In this document: one piece after another, positions 12,803-25,849 of the stretch
How positions within the stretch are numbered: position 1 is the first letter of the stretch
How the letters are laid out: each line of letters starts with the position of its first letter
The notes under the pieces: generated by a model
Database searches by the model: none
What the model was told of the DNA's origin: nothing
The model's input: only the letters and a program-made list of their open reading frames with translations
Origin: Vicugna vicugna
Taxonomy: Eukaryota
Length of the DNA: 64,000 nucleotides
Assembly (NCBI GenBank): GCA_013265495.1
Contig: MU058198.1
Coordinates: 5,657,779 to 5,721,778, forward strand
Direction of reading: 5' to 3'
Position numbers and translations under genes: made by a program

Positions 12803-13010
12803 ACGGGAACCAGAGGAAGCTGGCCAGGCCATGCCCGCTGGGCTCCCTCGCCCATGCCCCTCTCTAAGCCTCCTCCGTAATTTCAGGAGACATATGCCGA
12901 GTGCCACTCGGGGCCGAGCCTCAGTCATTTAACTCAATCCACTGGCTCCCTGTGGAATCCATCTCTCACATTTTTTCCCCGACCTCCATGAAAAATGATT
13001 TACAAAGTCC

Positions 13011-13055
13011 TTTCTCTCTCTCCCTCTCTCTCTTCTTCTCTCTCTCTCTCTCTCT
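13011..13055. repeat. (TC)n-rich microsatellite
   Basis: tttctctctctccctctctctcttcttctctctctctctctctct. Confidence 0.85.
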
Positions 13056-13474
13056 GGTTAAACTTGGGCAATGCTGTTCAAGGACTCCCCGAGATGTTTC
13101 TCTAACTGACAGCTTTATGGGGCACTAGCTGCCGATGTTATATGTGTCCTCAGATAGGCAGGTCTTTTTATACTGTGTGTCCCCATAAAAATGATTGGTT
13201 TTAAGTTGTTATTCTAATATTGCTGTGATTGTAACATTGGAGCCGACAGTCTCCAAAGGAGATGAGTATCAAGGGCTGATGAACAGAAGCAGGAGGTTCC
13301 GTTGGTCCACGGGGCAGGAGGACGAGGCTGGTGGGCACTGTCCGCCGGTGGGTAGGGGCTCAAAGCCTGTCGTTTTAATGTTATTGTAAAGATAATGATT
13401 AATGAGTGATAGCGTTGTAAATAATCAAAACTGCTCCCCTCAACTGGATAAAACCAGAAGGAGCTCCTTGTGGC

Positions 13475-13895
13475 CTGAGAGGTAGGGAGACGGGCAGAGT
13501 CCAGAATACGGATAGAAAAACACAGATACGCACAGAGGGACAGACAGAGAGGGATCTAGGCAGAAGGGGGAACTGAAGCAATGGGCTCAAAAAGAGACAG
13601 GGAGACAGAGATGAAGAGTACTAGAAATAAGGAGACAGGGAAAGAGAGTGCCATGGACGAAGGCCAAAGCTGATAGACAGGGACAGAAATACCAGACAGA
13701 CAGACAGCCAGAGACACAGGCAGACGGAAGAGGAGCAGGAGAGGCCCAAGGGACCGGCAGAGGAGGACACACAGGCAGGATGACAGACCAGAAGCCAACA
13801 TCACAGGCAAAAGGGAACACAGTGAGGAAGGCAGGCTGCAAGGCAGACGTTGAAGAGGAGGAGGTGGAGGAAGAGGAGGGAGAGGAAACAAAATG
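13475..13895. repeat. GA-rich low-complexity tract
   Basis: Degenerate (GACA/GAGA/GAG)n purine-rich sequence. Confidence 0.7.
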
Positions 13896-14159
13896 AAACC
13901 AAACCAGGCCGGCAGGCAGGGGAGTTCACTAGGGGAACAGAGAGGAGCAAGTCGGGGGGTTTAAGTGGGGGCTTAGGAGCCAGATGACCCGGTCCCAAGC
14001 CTGGTTCTGCCCCTTGGCCAGGAGCTGAGTGATCTCAGGCATGTTACTTAGACTTTCTGTGCCTCAGTTTCCCCATCTATAACGTGGGGCAGAGACACAG
14101 CTCCTGCTCAGCAACTTGTTTGTGGTCCCTGGCACCCTGGCATGCCTCCAGTGATAAAA

Positions 14160-14620
14160 AGCCCCTGGGATGGCTCCCCACCATGTCATGCCCCCATGGG
14201 ATACCCTGAGTGTGGACCAGACCTAGTGACCAGCTTCTAATAAATAGGATACTGAAGAGGTAGTGAGATGTCACTTCTGAGATTAGGTTGCCAGCGCCTG
14301 TGACTTCCATTGCTGGACTCTTGCCATCTCTGGAGCTCTGACTCTGGGGAGAGGATGCAGCCACATTGTGGGTTGTCCTGTGGAGAGGTTCACATGGTAA
14401 GGGACTGAGGCCTCCAGCCAACAGCCTGTGAAAACCTGAGGCTGCCAACAGCCCCAGGAGTGAGCTCAGAAGGGGATCCTTGAGGTGTGGCCTCAGGAGA
14501 GACCCTCAGCTAGAGGATCTAGAGAAGCCAAACCCAGATTCCTGCCCCATAAACTAAGATAATGTTGGTTGTTTTAAGCCTCCATGTTTGAGGGTAATTT
14601 GTTATGAAGGAATTAATACC
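14160..14620 (+). mobile_element. MLT1F-like MaLR LTR
   Basis: 'gacctagtgaccagcttctaa...gatgtcacttctgagattaggtt...ggcctccagccaacagcc...gttgttttaagcc...ggtaatttgttatg'. Confidence 0.8.
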
Positions 14621-14639
14621 TGAAACAGATTTTGATTCC

Positions 14640-15090
14640 TGGAAGTTAAGTCAGAGCGAGAAAGACAAATACCGTATGATCTCACTGATACACGGAATCT
14701 AAAAAAACAAATTAAGCTCATAGATACAAAGAACAGATTGGGCACTGCCAGAGGCAGGGGATGGCGGTGGGCAAAATGAGTGAAGGGGGTGAAAGGTACA
14801 AACAAGTAAGTCTTAGGGGTGTAATGTACAGCACGGTGATGACAGTTAATTACACCGCACTGCATAACTGAATGTTGCTTAAAGAACAGATCTCACCAGT
14901 TCTCATCACAAGAAAAAAAAAGTTCTCATCACAAGAAAAACATTTTTTGTTAACAATGTATGGTGACAGATGTGAACTAGACTGACTGTGGTGATCATTT
15001 CACAATACGTGCAAATACTGGGTCAGTACATGGTACACCTGAAACTAATATGTTATATGCCAATTTTACCTCAATGAAAGAAAAAGAAAA
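14640..15090 (+). mobile_element. L1 3' end (L1MA9-like)
   Basis: 'aagtcagagcgagaaagacaaataccgtatgatctcact...ggtacacctgaaactaatatgttatatgccaattttacctcaat' plus A-rich tail. Confidence 0.85.
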
Positions 15091-15449
15091 ATGAGGGAGA
15101 GGCTTTGAGAGCAGGTGCAACACAGGGGCTGGACGGATGTGAAGCGGTGTGCTGGAGAGAGCTTAAACTGCTCTGGACAGACTGTTACTGAAGTCTGGAC
15201 CGTAAGGACATCGAGGGGTGAGAATCAAAAGGAAATGGGGAAACTGCACTGAGAAGGGATCTCGTTTTATAGCGACAGAAACCTTGGTGACATTCTTGCC
15301 TCGGTAACTCGCAAAGTGGGAAGTGTGCCCAGGAACCTGGTGGGCGGTGGGTGGTGTTGGAAGTGGCCCCCGCTTCCTCTTGCTGCTTCCAGTAAGATGT
15401 CAGCAGACCCTCTGGTTTGTGCCGCCTGACATGACGGGCCAATCACTTC

Positions 15450-15971
15450 TGTGAATGCCCTGCTGCTGACGGAAAAACTGACCACAAACTCAGTGGTTTA
15501 ACACAACGCAAATGTATTATCTTCAGTTCTGGAGTTTAAAAAGTTTGACATGGGTTTCAATGGGCTGATATCAAGGTACCAGCAGGCCTACATTCTTCTA
15601 GAAACTCCGAGGGGAGACTGTTTTCTCCAATGCTTTGCCTTTTTCGGCTTCCAGAAGCCACCTGCATTGGTTGGTCGTGTTCCATTCCTCCATCTTTAAA
15701 GTCAGCCGCGTAGCATCCCCAGTGTGCCTGCAACCCCTGCTTCTGTTGTCACACCTCCTTCCCTAACTCTGCTCGGACCTCCTGCCACCCTCTTATCAGG
15801 ACCTCTGTGATGACCCTGCCCCCCCACTCCAGATAATCCGGGGTCATCTCCCATCTCAAGATCGTTAGTTTAACCACATCTGCCATCTTGCCTGTAAGGT
15901 AACACATTCGCTGGTCCCAGGATTAGACCGTGGATGTCTGGTGGGGGGCAGGCATCGTTCTGTCCACCACG
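15450..15971 (-). mobile_element. MLT1C/D-like MaLR LTR
   Basis: 'accacaaactcagtggtttaacacaacgcaaatgtattatc...ccagataatccggggtcatctcccatctcaagatc...gtaaggtaacacattc'. Confidence 0.85.
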
Positions 15972-16769
15972 CCGCTTTGCCAGCACTGATCCTCCCGTAT
16001 TTTACATTTGAAATTATCTCCGTTCCTGACCAGGCTGTGAGCCCAACGTGGAGCCATCCAATGGAGTGACTTAGATTTTGCCCAGAGTCTAATATAGAGA
16101 GATTTGCACACAAGGCTTGACACAGCCTCTTACCAGTGACATGTCATCCAACTTTTCTAAACCTCAGTTTCCTCATCCGGAGGCTGGAAGACCAGCTCCC
16201 ATAGATTTTGTGTGTCATGTTCACCACTGTAACACCAGCCCTTATGAGAGTCTGGAATCATACCAGGTGCCTAATAAAGATTTATTGAATGAATAAAAAA
16301 CAGTACTTACTTCATAAAGCTGCTATGAGGATTTAAAGGATAAACGATACAGAACACACAGCACAGGGCCCAGCATGCAGCAGGCCCTCCACCTGTCAGC
16401 TCCGATGATTACTGGATGGAGGCGGAGAGAGGGAGAGCGTGGCTGAGACCAGATGTAGAGACAGAGACCACGGGCAGCAGGCAGAGATGAGAAGAGCGAA
16501 ACAGGAGGAGAAGCACGAGGGACAGAGGCAGGGCACCCGCTCACCTTGTCTCCCAGCATCTGTGGGAGCAGCAGGGGCGCCTGCCTGGAGGCAGAGGCAG
16601 GACGGGGAATTGTTCCTACCAGGCCCCATCCTAGAATCAAGAAGAGAGAAAGAGAGACAAACAGATCCCCATCAAGGCTTGAGATAGGAAGAGAGAAGCG
16701 GAAAGGGTCCTAGAGCAAACTGAGAGCAGCTTCCAGGCCCTAGACTGTCATATCTAAATGATCATGTGA

Positions 16770-17910
16770 TTTTCAAGCACTTACTATATGCTAGGCATTG
16801 TGCTATGTGCCGTATGCATGTAAATCCCCTTTATTCCTCTCAGCAACCCCATGGGGCTGGTGGTATTCTTACCACTGCCCTTTCACAGGTAAGGAAATAG
16901 AGGCACAGAGATGTGAAGTAAGTTGGCCAAGGTCACACAGCCAACAGGTGGTAAGGAGAAACTGAATCTCATGCAGATTGGCTCCAAATATTTTGTTTAG
17001 GTAAGAGTCACAATGTAACCTACATCAGTGGCTCAAAACAACAATCACTTCTTCTCTCACTCGCAAGGCTGCAAGTTGGCCAGGGCAGCTCTGCTCCAGG
17101 AGTCTCATGGTGAAGTCAGCCTTAAGAGGCAGTGACTGTCCGGGGAAAGCTTTTCCCGTGGCATAGAAGCCCCCAGAGTAGCAAGAAATATATGAAGCCT
17201 CTTTAAGTCTTGGGCTCGGAACTCCCATGTTGCCCCTTCAGCCTACATTCCATTGGCCAAAACAAGTTCATGACCAAGCCTGACATCAAGGCATGGGGTG
17301 TGAGTATTTTCTGAACAACAGTCGAATCCACCGTAGCCCACGGGGAATCCTCACCCTTCTCCTGCCCCAGGTGGTCCCTTTCTGAACCGATCCCTCCTCA
17401 TCAAGGTAATAAAAGTTAACACTTGCCACAGGGTTGCCATATGTTAAGTGCTTCACATACATTATCTCCCTTATCCTGACAACAATTTGAGCAGGAAAGT
17501 ACACTTGTTTTTCTCCATTTTATAGATGAGGAAACTGAGGTTCAGAGAGGTGACAGTGTTCATCCAGGATAATCCAGGGAGTATCAGAGCCAGGATTTGA
17601 ACCCTGAGAACCCAGCTCCAGGGTCTGAGATCTTAACTAGCTGCACTTTTTTGCCTCCCCAGACTTAACCCACAATTTGGGGACATAGGACTCACCTCTA
17701 AGGACTGAGAGTCCACATACTCCAGAATGAGAAGCCAGGAAAGAGTACAGGTTTCAGCTGAGTGCATCCTATCTCCGCACCTCAATTTTCTCATCTGTGA
17801 AATGGAGATGCTAACACTTTCCTGACACAAACTGTGTGAAGATTAAAGATGGTGCATTGTGCACACCTGGCACACGGTAAGCTCTCAACAGAGAGTAGCT
17901 GGTATTAGTA
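16770..17910. mobile_element. Cluster of MIR copies (16770-16985 minus, 17435-17640 minus, 17765-17910 plus) around an old MLT fragment
   Basis: 'ccattttatagatgaggaaactgaggttcagagagg', 'cctcaattttctcatctgtgaaatggagat', 'aggtaaggaaatagaggcacagagatgtgaagtaagttggccaaggtcacacag'. Confidence 0.75.
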
Positions 17911-18894
17911 AAGACAGAACTAGGAGACAGTGACCCACACAGAGCATGCACCAAAGAGGCAAAGGGCTTTCTCCAGGACCCTTGCCATGGTTGTCAATGC
18001 CACACCCTGCTCTCCACCCCCTTTCTCTCCAAAAAAAACCCCAGCTGATCCACAGCCAGGGATGATTATGTCAACAGTCAACAGTGTCCGTTTTCTGAGT
18101 ACTGCCATCTGTTATATTGACAGAGAAACAGCCTGTAGAGTGTTTCAAGCCCATTTGGCAAATGCAATTAATTTCCTCAGCATTAAATTGTCTTTTCCTA
18201 ATTGTCCATACGGACACCCAGGCAGAAGGAGTAGGGGACAGAATGAAAAGCCTGTTAATGGTACTTCTTTGCCAGTGATGGGATGTTCCAAAGGTGGGCT
18301 CAAAGCTGTCCAGTCACTGCACTGGTAGCCAGACTAGGGTCCACCCACTTGTCACTCAGGCTGAGGAAACGCCCCAGGGCTCCTCCCAGGCATGAGTGTG
18401 CCCGCCGCAGTGCAGTGGCGGCAGGATGCAGCGGCTCACCTGCCAGGTGTTCTCTGAGCCACGTCCCAGGAGGTGTCAGATTCTAGGGCTATGGCATGCC
18501 TCTCCAAGCCTCAGGTCTTCAAGCTGCAGGCATATTTCCAATCACGGCCCTGAGCCAGCCCTGACCATACTGACAGAGTCGTCTCACCAGTAGACAGAGC
18601 TAGAGTGAGTCTCGCTGCCCTGGGCTGAGTGTCACACGTGCCTGGAGGGTGATTAATAGCTTATACCCACAGGGCCCCCACCTCTCCAAGCCCTGGCCTG
18701 GTCCACCCAGCTGTGCTTCTCTCTGAGTAGCTGCTGAGGTCCCCAAAACCAGCAAGCCTGGCCCAGGTGACAAACTTCCACCCTGAGGATTGCCCCTCCA
18801 CCCACAGTCATGTTGTACCACGTGACCCTGATATGTGCACCCATGAGCCACCTAGCGCAGCTCCATCGGACCCTCTCTGTCCATGTGTCCCACA

Positions 18895-20225
18895 TGGACT
18901 CCTGATTGCAAAAGACAGACCTGCAATTCAAACTGGCCCAAGCAAAACGGCAGTGCATCAGCTTATGTAAACAAAAACCCCAGGAGCGAAGAGCCCCAGG
19001 CTTAGCAGGATCCAGATTCTCAGAGAAATGTTACTGACTGTCTGTCTTGACTCTGCTTCTGTCTGTGTTGGCTTTATCCTGTGATGGCACGAATGACCTC
19101 TAGCAGGTCTAGGCTAATATCCTACCACCCTTGCAACTCAGCACAAAGAGAAGGCGTCTCTCCCAAAAGTTCCGGCAAAAGCCTAAGGTAAGGACCTTAC
19201 CTAGCTCACTGACCATCCCTTAAAAAAAACCCACAGTGGCCAGGAGCTAGCATATGCTGGTTGACCCTGCCTAGATCACAGGTTCATTTCTGGAGCTGGA
19301 GGTGGGGGGAGGGGCAGGTTCCTGCCTCCACCACATGGATTCGGTGGCAGGGGAAGGACGAGGTGTCTCCAGAGGAAAATCAAGGCACAGCTACGAGAAG
19401 AGGGTGGACAGATGCTGGACCAACCCCAACAGACATTCTGCAATTCTCTTGGGAATCGGGACTCAGTGCTTGTCAACGTGGGCTCATCCCATGGCTGGAA
19501 ATACAGGATAGGGATCTGTAAGACAATGATGTGTGCAGAGGCAGAGAAGGCCTGTCTGCAGAAAGCATGAAAAATAAAATAGAATGGACAGAAGAAAGCA
19601 GCAAGCAACAGAGTTCTCCCTGGATCACAGCACACTCTCAACTCCCAGTCCCTTGTGAGGCCAGACTTTGACAACCTTCCCGTTAACTCCAGGAGAGGAG
19701 AGATTGTGTCCAGCGTGTGTTTTCCCCAGGAAGCAACATCCCCATCTCCTTTTATGGAACCATGTCCTCCTCTCCCAATGCATTGAGACTGACCCTCCCC
19801 CTAAATCCAGTGGAAGCCACGTGATCCAGGTCCAGCCAATCAGCTCATTCCATCCTTGTCCTGACTAGTGATCGGTTCAGAGACAAGCATATGAACAAAG
19901 CCAATGAGACTGGATTTCTTGGGCCTTTGTTGGAAACTCAGGAAGGAAGGCCATCTCTCTCCACGGACCACTGAAATTAAAACTGATATGACCCCAGGGT
20001 TGCTGAAAGCCATGACAGCCTGAGGAAGAGGCCAATGCAGAGGGAAGCAGAGACCGATGGAGGCATCTTCTGAAGACACTGTGTGAGTTTCTAGATCCAG
20101 CTGTGCCTGAAGGCAGACTCTACTCCCTGGGGCTTTGGGCTGTGCAAAGCATAAGTACCCTTTTTTGCTTAAGTAAGTCAAAGTCAAGAGTTTCTGTCAC
20201 TTGTAGTCCAAAGAGTCCTGACTAA
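18895..20225. mobile_element. Two old MaLR LTRs (MLT1K-like minus about 18895-19430; MLT1J-like plus about 19720-20225)
   Basis: 'ggactcctgattgcaaaagacagac'; 3' end 'ctagatccagctgtgcctgaag...tttttgcttaagtaagtc...tttctgtcacttgtagtccaaagagtcctgactaaca'. Confidence 0.65.
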
Positions 20226-21459
20226 CAGACTCTTTCCAGAGCCATTTTCCTCCCTTCAGTGCCCACGGTTTGCTTAGTCACCGTGCAGAAGCAGAGTGAA
20301 ATCAGAAGACTGTTCGAAAGACCCTCCTGAGTAGGATCCTGAGAAGATTGTCTCTCCCCAGAGATCCTCAGTACCAGGCCCCAAATGCCGCCAGCTACCC
20401 CCAAGATCCAGCCTTCCCTGTTCCCGTCAAGTCTAAGGTGCAACATGACCCAGCAGCTCTTCCCAGTCCAAGTGGTGGCTCGTGGAGTTAAATCTCTTCC
20501 AGGATCAGGGACAAAGTCTCTCTTTAGCATCTATACCCAGGCTTCCTTCACTAACACTCACACCACGAATGAGAATAAATACTGTTGAGATGCTAGGGCA
20601 CTGCCTGATTCTTCTTGTCTCCTTGCAGGTGAGTCATAGAGGGATACTGGTCCCTGGTCATCCTCCTGCTGACCCCTCATGCCACTAAACGGACAACATG
20701 GGTCATGTTCTGCCTGATTCATGGAATCAGCAGTCATCAGCATTCTGCTCCTGCTACATTCCTCCCACCCAACTGGAGCTCTTGGAACCAAAGATTGCCA
20801 GAATACACCAGAGGTGTGTGTGTGTGTTGTACCTGTTAGGAGATATTGGGGTGCATGTGCTGCAAAGAGCACACAGTCTTTGAAGTCAGATCTGGGGCCA
20901 CAGGCAAGTCACTTAACCTTTCTGAAACTGAGTTCCCTCCTTTGTGAAGTGGTGGGAACAATGCCTGGCTGACAGGAGTACGTCAGGAATAAGTGAGAGG
21001 CAAGGAAGGAAGGAGGGGGCAGGGAGGGAAGCGCCCAGCATAACACGCAGCATATTACAGATGCTCTCTGGGTACTCTCTCATGCCCTCCTACCGCGTCG
21101 CCCATTTTGCACCCAAAAACCCAGCCAATTCTGTAGTTTTCCCGGGGTTTGACTTGTCCAGTCCAGACTCCACCCTCCTCGCCATCAGCCCAATTACTCT
21201 GCAGCCACACACCCTGGCTCACCTCCCAGAGGTACAGCTGTATTGCTGCCAAAGAGAAAATGAAGTACCCTTGTGATGGTCCCAAGCCACGGGAATCTCG
21301 GGGATAACCTCTCCGATGCAGTTTCACCTTCATCCCCAGAAGCCTTCTCATCCTGCCCGGAAACCTGGGGCATGTGCTTCCCAGCACAGCCCTCGAACCT
21401 GCCCCCTGAGACGGCTGGCAGTAGGAACAGATGCTTCTGTTGAAGGAACGCCTGTTACA

Positions 21460-21712
21460 TCAGGTTGCAAACTGGTGCAAATGCAGTCTAGCCGACAGGT
21501 GTGTTTTGTTTGGCCTGAAAGGCATCTAAATATTTGAATAACTTGCTAACATTTAAATATCAAAAAAATCTTACATCAAAATTGGTGAACAACCTGAGGA
21601 CCTGGATGCACGGAGCCAGTGGTGGCAGCCCCTTCTGACGGGCATGCGCGCCCATTTGCCATAGTCTCCACCCGCCTGGCCCCTTCAGGCATTTGGATGC
21701 AGGACTTCTGAG
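21460..21712 (+). mobile_element. MER102-like hAT-Charlie DNA transposon
   Basis: 'caggttgcaaactgg...gacaggtgtgttttgtttggcc...tgctaacatttaaa...ccatttgccatagtctccacc'. Confidence 0.6.
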
Positions 21713-21721
21713 GTGATAACA

Positions 21722-22505
21722 ATACATTCAGATTAGAAAAGAAGAAATGAAACTGCCCCCATTTGCAGATGGCATGATTATCTGTATAGAAAATTCCAAG
21801 GAATCTATACACACACACACACATACACACACTCAAACTCCTAGAACTCAGAAGTGAGTTCAACAAGGATGCAGGACCAACACACAAAACTCAATGTCTG
21901 TATATTAACAATAAACAGAAACTGGAATTACATACCATTTACAGTTGCTCAGAAAAATTATATGCTTAGGAATCAATCCAGCGAACTGTGATAGGGATTG
22001 TATGCTGAAAACTACAAAATGTTGATGAAAGAAATCAAAGAAGATCTAAGTAAATGGAGAAATGTACCATGTTCACGGATTAGAGGACTCGACATAGTAA
22101 AGGCATCAATTCTTCCCAGATTGACATACCGGTTTAATGAGATGCCCATTGGGATCTCAGCAAGTTTTTTTTTTTTTTTGTAGATATAAGCAAGCTTATC
22201 TTTAAAATTATATGGAAAGGCAAAGGAACTAGAATTTGAAAACTTTGGAAGAGAAGAATAAAGTGGGAGGAATCACATGACTGACTTTGAAGACTCACTC
22301 TAGAGGTGCAGGAATCAAGACAGCGTGTTCCTGGCAGAGGGACAGACGCAGAGATCAGTGAAACAGACAAGAGAACCCAAGCTTCCCCGTCCACACGCAG
22401 GTACGGCCGGCTGACTTCTGACAGAGGTGCAAAGGCAAATCAGTGCAGGAAGAGTACAGGCTTTTAAAAATGGTGGTAGAGCACCTGGACACCCATAGGA
22501 AAAAC
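21722..22505 (+). mobile_element. Decayed L1 ORF2 (reverse transcriptase region) fragment
   Basis: 'tttgcagatggcatgatt' (FADDMI-like); ORF 21998-22183 'YAENYKMLMKEIKEDLSKWRNVPCSRIRGLDIVKASILPRLTYRFNEMPI' matches L1 ORF2p. Confidence 0.92.
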
Positions 22506-23868
22506 TGTAATAACAAATTCTATGAGCGAAGAGATGTTACTCTGTTTCCTTCACAGCTCTACCCAAGGCACCTAAAATAGCAGTTGGCACCTGGTCTTTA
22601 ATCAATATTTGTGGAATGTTGCATAGTTATAAACGATACCATTTTTTTTAGCACTGTGTCCCAGGGCTGGGTGTTATTATCTCCCTGTGACAGACGGGAA
22701 ATCTGAGCACAGAGAGGTCAGGAAACACGCCCAGTATCTCACAGCAGAGGAAGGAGAGCCAATATCAGACACACATGCCATCAACCCCTCTCTGCCTACT
22801 TTCTGTCAATGAAAAAACTCAAGTTCAGAGAGACTGCGTGAATTTTTCAGGCCCCACAGCTAGCAGGAGGCAGAGCCGTAATTCGATCAAGAATCTGCCT
22901 GACCCCAGGACACCTGCCACTGCTTCCCGAAGCCTTCCTGGCCACAAGTCCTCAGACTGGCAGGTGAGCCACACGACCTCTCTCAGCAAACCCTCCCCTC
23001 TCCCCATATTTGCTCAGAGCCTGTTGGCATATGTGGCTTAAACACCAGGGCTCCCAGTGGGGCGCAGTTCATCGAGCTGGTTCATTTATTCATTAACTTG
23101 TTTTCCATATTTCCAAACAGAACATGGCCATTCCAGGCAAGGCAAATCAATATCATGCTCCAGGATTCATCTTCATTCCCCCTACATCCCTGCGCTATCC
23201 TGGGTGCTCTTCACCCAGCCTCCTCCTACTGGGTTCCTGGATGCTGACGAATAGGAGTCTTGGAGGCAGCCACGCTACATCAGCAGATTAAATCATTAAT
23301 ATCTGCATCAGTCATTCTTACCAGCCTCCTGCACCCCAAACTCGTCACACCCTCGTGTTGAGCTCACTGCTAGTGATGCAGGCGGACACAGTCTCAAGAT
23401 GAAATCGCCACTTCTGAGATTTTATTGGCTGTAAGCTTGGAATATTGATTTTTTTTTCCTTCTGCTTTTCTGAAATCAGGTATCCGGCCCAGAGTTGCAG
23501 AAATGATAGAGAGGGGGGCTGAATATGGACTTGCTGATTTTACTGGCTCCATTTGCCACAGGGCTTTCTTGCTTTCCTAGAAAGGTTTCCTCACATTCAT
23601 CTGGTAGTCACAATTTAAAATGAGGCACTTAACTATCCGCCAACCACTGCTAAGCATCGCTCAAGTGATACTCCCTAGGGCTTCCCAGCAACCCAAAGGG
23701 GTGGGAAGTATTACTAGTTCTTTTGCTGGGAAAACTGATTTTCTGAGCTTTCCCCCTGATTTCAGGGAACTTGAACTCAGGTATGCCTAACTTCAGACAG
23801 TGGGTTCTCTGCTACCCACCCTCATTAGCACCAAGAGGGGCACAGGCAGAAAGATAACAGATATTAGG

Positions 23869-24234
23869 TGTTATAGACTGAATATAGTGTGCCCCAAAGT
23901 TCATAGGTTGAATCCCTAACCTCTAGTGTGATGGCACTAGGAAGAGGGACCTTTGGGGGTTAGTAGGTTCAGATGGGGCCCCCAGATGAGATTAGTGTCC
24001 CTAAAAGAAAAGGAAGAGACCAGCATGTCCACACTTTCTCTCTCTCCACCATGGAACACACTGTGAGAAGGTGGCCATCTGCAAACCAGGAAGAGAGCCC
24101 TCATCCGGAACCTGACCATGCTGGCCCCCTGATCTAGGACTTCCCAGTTTCCAAAACGGTGAAAAAAAAAAATCTGTTGTTTAAGCCATCCAGTCTACAG
24201 TATTTAGTTATAGCAGCCCGAGCAGATTAAGACA
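23869..24234 (+). mobile_element. MLT1A0-like solo LTR, near full length
   Basis: 'tgttatagactgaat...gaaggtggccatctgcaaaccaggaagagagccctc...tttaagccatccagtctacagtatttagttatagcagcccgagcagattaagaca'. Confidence 0.88.
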
Positions 24235-24414
24235 TCACAGGTAGCACTATACCCCAGAGCAGGGCTGCAGGGCAGCCCAGGGCAGCAGAGAAGAGGAGGG
24301 CAAGATGCTGGAAATCAGAGCACAGTGTGGATTTGCCCACAGGTGAAACCACAAACCTGAACTTCCCCATCCTTCAAAGCAGGAGAGAATGGAAAGTATT
24401 TCTTCTTAAGTTCC

Positions 24415-24627
24415 ACAAGGTTTAACTTTATCTCTCAAGGATCAGATAATAAATATCCAAGGCTTTGTGGGCCGTACTGTCTCTGTCACAACACTCAACT
24501 CTGCTGTTGTAGCATGAAGTGGCCACAGACAGTAGGCAGATGAATGGGCATCGCTGCATTCCAATAAAAGTTTATTTACAAAAACAGGCAGTGGACCAGA
24601 TTTGCCCTGCAGGCCATAACCTCCTGT
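24415..24627 (+). mobile_element. MER58A hAT-Charlie element
   Basis: 'ggctttgtgggccgtactgtctctgtcacaacactcaactctgctgttgtagc...ttccaataaaagtttatttacaaaaacaggc'. Confidence 0.85.
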
Positions 24628-25344
24628 CCTGGAGGACTGGGCTTTAGGAGCAAGTGTTTGTGATTTCTAGACCTGTGATGCTGACCTCCAGGATGCAGGA
24701 AATGTCAGCACAGGGAGGGGAGAAGCAAAGTTCACATCAACGTGGCCAGATAAAACACAAAACCTCTTCCATGCAGTGGAAGCCAAACTAGAATCAGGCA
24801 GGCAGAAAATAAGTCTAATAATAATACAAGTACAAGCAAAAGTCCTTACAGTGGTCTGCAAGATGCTCGTGGTAGTCTCCCTCACCTCCCACCCACACTA
24901 CCTCTCTGATCTCCTCTACTGCTGCTCCTCCCCATGCACACCCTCTCAGCCACACTGGCCTCCTTGCTCCTCCTCAAACATCCAAGCTTGCTCTCACCTC
25001 CCAGGTGAGGCCATCCTAGACCAGTCAGCCCCATAAACAAGTCCGGTCAAGCTCAGCCAAGCCTGATCCAGATCAGCAGGACAACACAAGCAAACTGTTG
25101 CATTCTTACTAAGAAATAGGAAATCTTACTGATTTTGAGTCGCTTCCTTTTGGAGTTCTTTCTTACACAGCAATAGCTAACTGACACAAGAAGCCATGCC
25201 ACCAACTTGCTGTATGACTAATAAAACCATTCACTCTGTCTGGTCTTCAAATTCCTCATCAGGAAAATAAGAGCACCATAAAAATTTTATTCCTTCCTTT
25301 GCCTCATGTTTCAGCAATATTTGGGAGTGAGCTACAGTGCTAAA

Positions 25345-25819
25345 TATTGATTTACAATATTGTGTTAGTTCCAGGTGTACAGCAAAGTGATTCAGTTATA
25401 CATATATGTATGTATCTATCGATATTCTTTTTTTATTCTTGTCCATTACTGTTTATCAGAAGATATTGAATGTAGTTCCCTGTGCTATAAGGTAAATCCT
25501 TGTTGTTCATCTATTTGATATATAGTAGTGTGCATCTGTTAATCCCATACTCCTAATTATTTATTCCCCCTCCTCTGCTCTTCCACTTTGGTAACCATAA
25601 GTCTGTTTTCTATGTCTGGGAGTCTCTTTCTGTTTTGTAAATGAGCTAATTGGTACTATTTTTTAGATTCCACATATAAGTGATATCATATAATGTTTGT
25701 CTTTGTCTGACTTACTTCACTTAGTGTGATAGACTCTAGGTCTATCCATGTTGTTGAAAATGGCATTATTTTCTTCTTTTTATGGCTGAGTAGTAGTCCA
25801 TTATATATATATATATATA
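25345..25819 (-). mobile_element. Cetartiodactyl-type L1 3' end
   Basis: 'ggtgtacagcaaagtgattcagttatacata...gatattgaatgtagttccctgtgctata...tttggtaaccataagtctgttttctatgtctg...gattccacatataagtgatatcata'. Confidence 0.88.
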
Positions 25820-25849
25820 AGATCTCCATCCTCTCCATCCCCATGGACA

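Noticed and set aside
13648..13896. ORF with poly-Glu tail
   Set aside because: Product of GA-rich simple sequence
21998..22183. ORF with clear protein homology
   Set aside because: It is L1 ORF2p inside a decayed LINE, not a host gene
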